This document shows, piece after piece, positions 57,498 through 64,000 of a DNA stretch of 64,000 bases (within the stretch, counting starts at the first letter, position 1; every line of letters starts with the position of its first letter). Made by a program: the position numbers and the translations under genes. Under the pieces are notes generated by a model, which saw only the letters and a program-made list of their open reading frames with translations, made no database searches and was not told the origin of the DNA. This stretch comes from a virus. The stretch is taken from the IMG/VR virus record IMGVR_UViG_3300032236_000803, positions 1 to 64,000 of that record, one strand, 5' to 3'.

Positions 57498-60400
57498 ATG
57501 GCTATAAATTTCCCACTATCCCCAGCGTTAAATCAACTATATACATATGGGTCAAAAACTTGGTATTGGAATGGTAGCGCATGGAATTTATCCACTATAG
57601 ATGCTACCCCAATATCCACTACGGCAAATTTAGCATTCGTACAAGCAAATAACGCTTGGTTAGCTGCTAACACCGCTAATGCTACTGCTAACATTGCGTT
57701 GTCTGTTGCACAATCAGCATATGGACAAGCGAATTCTGAACCTGCTGGTACTGCTGCATATAGAACAGCTAATGCAGGATACAACGTTGCTAACTTATCG
57801 TTCTCTGTCGCTAACTCTGCTTGGTTTACAGCCAATACTGCTAACGGTACAGCTAATATTGCGTTAAGCGTTGCGCAGTCAGCATATAACAATTCAAATT
57901 CTGGATACAATACCGCTAACGCAGCGTATAACGTTGCTAACTTGGCATTTGCTTCTGCCAATTCCGCTTGGAACACTGCTAATACTGCTAATACAACAGC
58001 TAATATCGCATTGTCTGTTGCCCAATCCGGATACAACACTGCTAATGCAGGATACAACGTTGCTAACTTGGCATTTGCTTCTGCCAATTCCGCTTGGAAC
58101 ACTGCTAACGCAGGATATAATGTAGCGAATCTTTCATTCAATGTAGCTAACTCTGCTTGGAACACTGCCAATACTGCTAATGGAACTGCAAATATAGCAT
58201 TGAGCGTTGCGCAGTCAGCGTATAATAATTCAAATTCTGGATACAATACAGCTAACGCAGGATACAATGTTGCTAATTTATCATTTGCAGCTGCTAATTC
58301 TGCTTGGAACACCGCTAACGCAGCGTATAATGTTGCTAATAACGCTTGGGCTGGAGCTAATGCTGCATATACATACGCTTCTAGTACAGCAAATAATGCT
58401 TACAATACAGCTAACTCTGCTTGGAGCACTGCTAATTCCAAATTTAATACTTCTGGCGGTAATATAACTGGACCAGTAACTATTAATTCTACGTTGACTG
58501 TAACAGGAAACGTAACTTTCGGCGGTAATGTATTTAATTTAAACGCAAATAATTTAACTATTGAAGATAATATGATTTATCTCAATAGTACATCGAATGT
58601 TGCTAATCCCGATCTTGGGTTTGCTGGTAATTATAATGACGGTATTTACCATCATGCTGGTTTTTTCAGAAAAGCATCTGACGGTATTTGGAGAGTTTTT
58701 GACAGTTATCTTCCAGAACCTGACGCTTCGCCTTATATCGATACCAGTAATTCTTCGTTTAGAATTGCTGATTTCCAAGCTAACACGGTTTATGCTAACA
58801 CTTTAATAATTTCTTCTAATACGCTAATAGCAAATTTAAATTCAACATTATTAGGAAATCAGCCAAGAAGTTATTACGAAAATTTATCAATTGCTGCGTA
58901 TAACACCGCTAATGCTGGCTATAGCGTTGCTAATTCCGCATTTAATACGGCAAATGCTGGATACAATGTAGCTAATTTATCGTTCAGCGTAGCAAATAGT
59001 GCATATAATACTGCAAATGCTGGATACAATGTAGCTAATTTATCGTTCAGCGTAGCAAATAGTGCATATAATACAGCTAACGCTGGATACAATGTAGCAA
59101 ATCTTTCATTCAACGTAGCTAACTCTGCTTGGAACACAGCTAACACCGCTAATGGTACAGCTAACATTGCATTAAGCATTGCTCAATCAGGTTACAATAC
59201 TGCTAACGCTGGTTATAATGTAGCTAATTTATCGTTCAGCGTAGCAAATAGTGCATATAATACAGCTAACGCTGGATACAATGTTGCGAACAATGCTTGG
59301 TTTACTGCCAATACAGCCAATTCCACAGCTAATATAGCATTAAGCGTTTCTCAATCTGGATATAATACAGCTAACGCAGGGTATAATGTAGCAAATCTTT
59401 CATTCAATGTAGCTAACTCTGCTTGGAATACTGCTAACACGGCTAATGGTACAGCTAATATAGCATTGTCTGTCGCGCAAGCAGCATACGGACAAGCAAA
59501 TACAGAACCAACTGGTACAGCCGCATATAAAACCGCTAATGCTGCATATAATGTTGCAAATAGCGCTTGGTTTACTGCTAATACAGCTAATGCAACTGCT
59601 AATATTGCGTTGAGCATTGCCCAATCAGGATATAACGCGGCTAATAACGCTTTATCAAACACAGGGAATATCATAACAGTAAATTCCCAATCGATATTAT
59701 TTGTATCAAACACAACTCCATCTAACGCAATCAATAATGGCGCATTAGTCGTTTCTGGCGGTGTTGGTATTGCTGGTAACGCTTATCATGGCGGTCTTGT
59801 ATCTGCAAATAATGGATTATATTCAAGTAACAATTTCACTGGTTCATATACAGACGGTATTGTCGTTGATTACGTAACTGGTAATGGTAGAATTTCAGTT
59901 GGTACTGCTGACGGCATTACTTTCTATAACGGCGGTGTTGCTAATAACCAATTATTAGCTATTTCATCTAACGGCGTTATGTTTGCCGGACAGATATATT
60001 CGTCTAATACGATAACTGCAAACACGTTTACAGGGTCCGGAGCTGGATTAACCGGAACAGCGTCAAATTTAACGGCTAACGTCGCAACGTATGTAACAAT
60101 ATCAAATACAACCAACGGAATATATTATCCGCAGTTGACAAATAATGTATCCGGTAACAACCAAACGTATGCTAATAGTGCATATGTGTTTGATGTTGCT
60201 AATAGTTACTTTGGCGTTGGTAATGCTCCTCAAGCGGCATTAGACGTTACTGGAGCTATCCGATCAAATGGTCTTTCCGTAATTTCAATAACTACAAATA
60301 CAGGAGCTAACGCTACAGTATACGCTGGGGCAGTAATCCAGAATCAAGTATCTGCGAATATTACTGGAGCTGTAGGAGTAGGTGGTTTTTATGGTTCTTC

Positions 60401-61589
60401 AAATGCGGTTACTGGCTTGTATGTCGCACCCCAAGTAATTACAAGTTATCAAATTAACGGACCATCGAAATTAGTTGGAATATATGTCGCTCCTCATTAC
60501 GCAAATACTACCGGACAGGGAGCTGCATCAACGTTATATGGTGGTTATTTCGATGCCTCAAAAAATGATGCATTGGATTCTGGAGGCAACTTTAATGTCA
60601 ATGCGGCGCAATACGGCGTATACAACAATGTTACTACAGGAAGAAATAGAACCAATACTGGTCCTTTATATGGAACATATAATAATATAGCAGCCAGTGG
60701 AAATAACGCATCGGGAGTAACTACAGGTACTTTATACGGTACATATAACTCTATATCTAGAACAACTGCAAATACCGGCGTTACCGGAAACGTCTATTCT
60801 ACTTACAGCACAACAAGTATAAATGCTAATAATGATGTATTGGGTGTTTTTGGAACGTCAAATTTCATAACAATTAAAGCCAATTCTGTACAATCTATTG
60901 TTGGGTACGATACCAAAATATCCGTTCAACCGTATGATACCAACTCCAATAACGTCATATCAAACATATATGAAATTTATTCCGAAGGTACTACTATCTC
61001 TGGAACGGGGACAACGTATGCTATCGCAAATAATAGATACGGATTGTATTTAGGACCGTTATCTGGAAATAATTCGATATACGTTGCTAACAATTATGGA
61101 ATTTATTCCTCAGATAGCGCAGCAAATAATTATTTTGCCGGATCAATATATTGTGTGAATACAATAACGTCAAATGCGTTTTCTGGTAACGTATATGCTA
61201 CTAGCGTAAACGCAAATAAGATTTATGTAAATGGAACGTCATCAGATATTTATGATTTAGATGATATTTCGTATGCAACTGACGGAAGAAAAAATACTTT
61301 TGCATTAAAATATAATCAAACAACTGTTTCTGCAAATAGCCCATTTAATTTAATGGTTACTATTAATGGATTAGTACAACCAGCATTTGATTATAAATAT
61401 GATACATTCTGGTTGGCTAATGTATTGACAGCTTCAAAGGGATATTGCCTAGATAATTCTGGAAATATTAAATTCGCAGATAGCCCACCGCAAGGTTCAC
61501 AAATATTGATTAGGACCGTTTTTGGAAGTGTACCAGCAAATAAAAAAGTATATCCATTTAAGCCATTGGATATATTAATGGGTTACTAA
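57498..61589 (+). CDS. long fibre protein with Ala-Asn heptads
   Basis: Heptad arrays, a shared ~190-aa module, and a C-terminal LDDIS..VTINGLVQ..IKFADSP domain. Confidence 0.85.
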   Translation: MAINFPLSPALNQLYTYGSKTWYWNGSAWNLSTIDATPISTTANLAFVQANNAWLAANTANATANIALSVAQSAYGQANSEPAGTAAYRTANAGYNVANLSFSVANSAWFTANTANGTANIALSVAQSAYNNSNSGYNTANAAYNVANLAFASANSAWNTANTANTTANIALSVAQSGYNTANAGYNVANLAFASANSAWNTANAGYNVANLSFNVANSAWNTANTANGTANIALSVAQSAYNNSNSGYNTANAGYNVANLSFAAANSAWNTANAAYNVANNAWAGANAAYTYASSTANNAYNTANSAWSTANSKFNTSGGNITGPVTINSTLTVTGNVTFGGNVFNLNANNLTIEDNMIYLNSTSNVANPDLGFAGNYNDGIYHHAGFFRKASDGIWRVFDSYLPEPDASPYIDTSNSSFRIADFQANTVYANTLIISSNTLIANLNSTLLGNQPRSYYENLSIAAYNTANAGYSVANSAFNTANAGYNVANLSFSVANSAYNTANAGYNVANLSFSVANSAYNTANAGYNVANLSFNVANSAWNTANTANGTANIALSIAQSGYNTANAGYNVANLSFSVANSAYNTANAGYNVANNAWFTANTANSTANIALSVSQSGYNTANAGYNVANLSFNVANSAWNTANTANGTANIALSVAQAAYGQANTEPTGTAAYKTANAAYNVANSAWFTANTANATANIALSIAQSGYNAANNALSNTGNIITVNSQSILFVSNTTPSNAINNGALVVSGGVGIAGNAYHGGLVSANNGLYSSNNFTGSYTDGIVVDYVTGNGRISVGTADGITFYNGGVANNQLLAISSNGVMFAGQIYSSNTITANTFTGSGAGLTGTASNLTANVATYVTISNTTNGIYYPQLTNNVSGNNQTYANSAYVFDVANSYFGVGNAPQAALDVTGAIRSNGLSVISITTNTGANATVYAGAVIQNQVSANITGAVGVGGFYGSSNAVTGLYVAPQVITSYQINGPSKLVGIYVAPHYANTTGQGAASTLYGGYFDASKNDALDSGGNFNVNAAQYGVYNNVTTGRNRTNTGPLYGTYNNIAASGNNASGVTTGTLYGTYNSISRTTANTGVTGNVYSTYSTTSINANNDVLGVFGTSNFITIKANSVQSIVGYDTKISVQPYDTNSNNVISNIYEIYSEGTTISGTGTTYAIANNRYGLYLGPLSGNNSIYVANNYGIYSSDSAANNYFAGSIYCVNTITSNAFSGNVYATSVNANKIYVNGTSSDIYDLDDISYATDGRKNTFALKYNQTTVSANSPFNLMVTINGLVQPAFDYKYDTFWLANVLTASKGYCLDNSGNIKFADSPPQGSQILIRTVFGSVPANKKVYPFKPLDILMGY

Positions 61590-61624
61590 ATAGAAATAAA
61601 CCGCTTTAAACTTAGGAGTTAATA

Positions 61625-64000
61625 ATGGCGCGTAAGACCATACTTGATACTTATTATACATTTACACCATCGACCCGGACGATTGTGATTCCGCGTGCCG
61701 TTCCAAGAGAAAAATTGGTGTTAATTACCGATGTTACGACAAATCAGGTCATTTACAATTTCTCTGATCCAAACTTAACAGCATCATCTTATACAATTGC
61801 TCAATCTGCTGATAATACACAGATTTTCACGACAATTGTTCTAAGTTACAATACTGCTTCTTTATCTGCTACAGATAAATTACAGATTGTTATTGACGAA
61901 TATGATGAAAAGTTTTCGCCATCTGAATCATATCTAGATCCAATCAATAAACTGAGAGTATCAACTCCTCAGTCATTGATTGATACTGACTATGAGTATT
62001 CGATTCAGACAACCAAATGGGAACAGCTGTCATTATTAAATAATACTCCATATGCGTATTATGTTACTGCTACTGGTAACTTAAACGTTGGCGGTATTAC
62101 AGCAACAAACGGTTCTAGAACATACATTGCTACCACAGGAAGCTATCCTGCTCCTGCTAATGGTTCGCCAATTGTAATTCTTGATAGTTTATATTCAGGA
62201 GCTGATGGACTTTATATTGTTGATGCTAATAGTATTGTCAATGGCGCAAATACTTTCTCATATACTGGTAAGTTCTTCTATACTGGCGGTAATCCAACGT
62301 CTAATATTATCAATACTGGCGTAACTATTGGGTATCAAGGTTATACCTTCAGCAATTCTTCTATTGCTATGACGTCAGCATCTGTTTCTGGTAACGTTGT
62401 AACTGTACAGACAGTAAATCCTCATAATTTAGCCATTGGTAATGAAATTGCTTTAACTGGCGCTTCATCTGCGAATGGTTCATGGACGGTATGTACGGTA
62501 CAATCTGCAAATACTTTCAGTTTCTATGCAAATACATTCTCTACTGGCGCATTAACGTTAACAAACGCTAATCTATACGTTAGACCACAGGGTTTAGCTG
62601 TTCATAGACCATTTGACGGTGGCGTTCGTTTCTCAACTAATGCTTCTAGTCATAATCAACAGTATATTCGTCAGACTCGTAGATATTTCCGTTACCAATC
62701 AGGTAAAGGTATTCAGATGTCTACTGGTACTATCTTAAAACCTCAATTAAATCTTGATGGTATTACGTATAATGCCACGACAAATCTTGTTACTGTTGTA
62801 ACTAAAGACCCCCATAATATCAATTACCCAACAAATATTGCTATTTCTGGTGCAAATGAATCTGGATTTAATGGAACGTTTACTGTTCAGAACGTTATTA
62901 ACCCTTATTCATTTACATACACCCCTACGACAACTCCTGGTAATACAACCGCATCTGGTCAGATTTACGGTTCAGTAGTATCTTGGTCTGGAGCAGAAAA
63001 TCGTATTGGTATTTTCGATTCTCAGAATGGTCTTTTCTGGAAATTTGACGGAACAACTTTATCGGCTGTAAGACGTAGTTCAACTTATCAGATTTCTGGA
63101 CAGGTTACAGTAACTCCAGGTTCTGCGATTGTAAACGCAGCTTCTGGATATCCTACAACTTTCAATAAGCAATTATTGGTTAATGATTTCATCGTAATCA
63201 AGGGTATGTCTTATCGCGTAACAAATATCATGTCTGATACGCAGCTGACAATTTCTCCTGCTTATCGCGGATTAACTACGCAAACCAATGCAGTTGTCAG
63301 TAGAACAGTTGATACAGTAATTCCATCAACTTCTTTCAATATTGATCGTTTGGATGGCACTGGTCCTTCTGGATATACTATTGACTTGTCCAAAATGCAA
63401 ATGTTCTATATCGATTACTCTTGGTATGGTGCAGGGTTCATTCGTTGGGGCGTAAGAGGTCCAGACGGTAACGTAATTTATTGCCATAAGTTAATTAACA
63501 ACAACGTTAATTACATGGCTTATATGCGTTCTGGTAACTTACCTGGCCGTTATGAAACTCATACATTTGCTAAGACCACTTATATGGTTGGTGGCGCATC
63601 TGGTCCAGCTACTAACTTCTTATCGACAGATGGAACGATATACGTTGCGAATACGTCCGGTTTCCCCTCATCTGGTACTATCTGGGTCAGGAATATGGCT
63701 AATAGTGAGTATATTACATATAATTCTACAACGTCAAATACTTTCAGCGGATTGACTAGAGGACAACCCGGATTAACTACAACAGGTAATTTGGTATACG
63801 GTAACAATTATGTCACAGGTCTTGCGTCTACTACTGGCGTACAAGTTAATCAGTATGTATTCGGTGCTGGTATTCCTAACCAAGCGTTCGTAACTTCTAT
63901 TCCTAATAGTAGCACTGTTGTATTATCACAAGCATCTATTGGCGTTGGAACAGGTAATACAATTTACTTTGCTCCTATGGGTAATACTGCTCAGACATTT
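61625..64000 (+). CDS. large virion structural protein, truncated by the window end (not in the ORF track)
   Basis: AGGAG SD; MARKTILDTYYTFTPSTRTI..LITDVTTNQVIYNFSDP..KLRVSTPQSLIDTDYEY..RQTRRYFRYQSGKG. Confidence 0.85.
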   Translation, partial: MARKTILDTYYTFTPSTRTIVIPRAVPREKLVLITDVTTNQVIYNFSDPNLTASSYTIAQSADNTQIFTTIVLSYNTASLSATDKLQIVIDEYDEKFSPSESYLDPINKLRVSTPQSLIDTDYEYSIQTTKWEQLSLLNNTPYAYYVTATGNLNVGGITATNGSRTYIATTGSYPAPANGSPIVILDSLYSGADGLYIVDANSIVNGANTFSYTGKFFYTGGNPTSNIINTGVTIGYQGYTFSNSSIAMTSASVSGNVVTVQTVNPHNLAIGNEIALTGASSANGSWTVCTVQSANTFSFYANTFSTGALTLTNANLYVRPQGLAVHRPFDGGVRFSTNASSHNQQYIRQTRRYFRYQSGKGIQMSTGTILKPQLNLDGITYNATTNLVTVVTKDPHNINYPTNIAISGANESGFNGTFTVQNVINPYSFTYTPTTTPGNTTASGQIYGSVVSWSGAENRIGIFDSQNGLFWKFDGTTLSAVRRSSTYQISGQVTVTPGSAIVNAASGYPTTFNKQLLVNDFIVIKGMSYRVTNIMSDTQLTISPAYRGLTTQTNAVVSRTVDTVIPSTSFNIDRLDGTGPSGYTIDLSKMQMFYIDYSWYGAGFIRWGVRGPDGNVIYCHKLINNNVNYMAYMRSGNLPGRYETHTFAKTTYMVGGASGPATNFLSTDGTIYVANTSGFPSSGTIWVRNMANSEYITYNSTTSNTFSGLTRGQPGLTTTGNLVYGNNYVTGLASTTGVQVNQYVFGAGIPNQAFVTSIPNSSTVVLSQASIGVGTGNTIYFAPMGNTAQTF

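Noticed and set aside
50600-58900. Diversity-generating retroelement template/variable repeat pair
   Set aside because: Differences are synonymous and involve all bases rather than being adenine-specific; both copies are coding; no reverse transcriptase in the window
49281-59734. Long antisense ORFs in the fibre genes (for example 57533-58312, 259 aa)
   Set aside because: By-product of the repetitive Ala/Asn codons; they mirror the heptads and have no independent signals

Overview
AT-rich segment of a large T4-like (myovirus) phage genome, read in the standard genetic code. Sigma70-type promoters, GGAG/GAGG Shine-Dalgarno sites, RlpA, TIGR02594 and a Bfd-like gene suggest a Gram-negative host (inference). 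Bases 1-14,250 are an accessory region: tRNA-Asn, candidate internal head proteins, lysis-like genes, YqeY, a macro domain, a DUF2828-vWA protein, a PurD-like ATP-grasp enzyme, DenV-like glycosylase, PhoH and nucleases. Next come gp33-gp59-gp32, a minus-strand tail block (tape measure/hub, gp51, gp26, gp54, gp2, gp4), a plus-strand baseplate block (gp48, gp53, hub, gp25, gp6, gp7, gp8, VrlC-like) and many large Asn-rich fibre genes, interrupted by a halogenase / Gly-rich protein / 2OG-Fe(II) oxygenase cassette. Best candidate new system: the Ro60/TROVE-like DUF2828-vWA gene is accompanied by seven copies of a structured RNA motif (covarying closing stem plus WTWCNGCAA, usually ending CCTG). 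The loops of these copies carry tRNA-mimic cargo: circularly permuted tRNA bodies (one with CCA) or isolated anticodon-like arms. Second highlight: an in-frame T TTT TTA -1 slippery site that would fuse gp26 to gp51 just upstream of the tape-measure gene. All family assignments come from motif recognition and synteny; no database searches were run.
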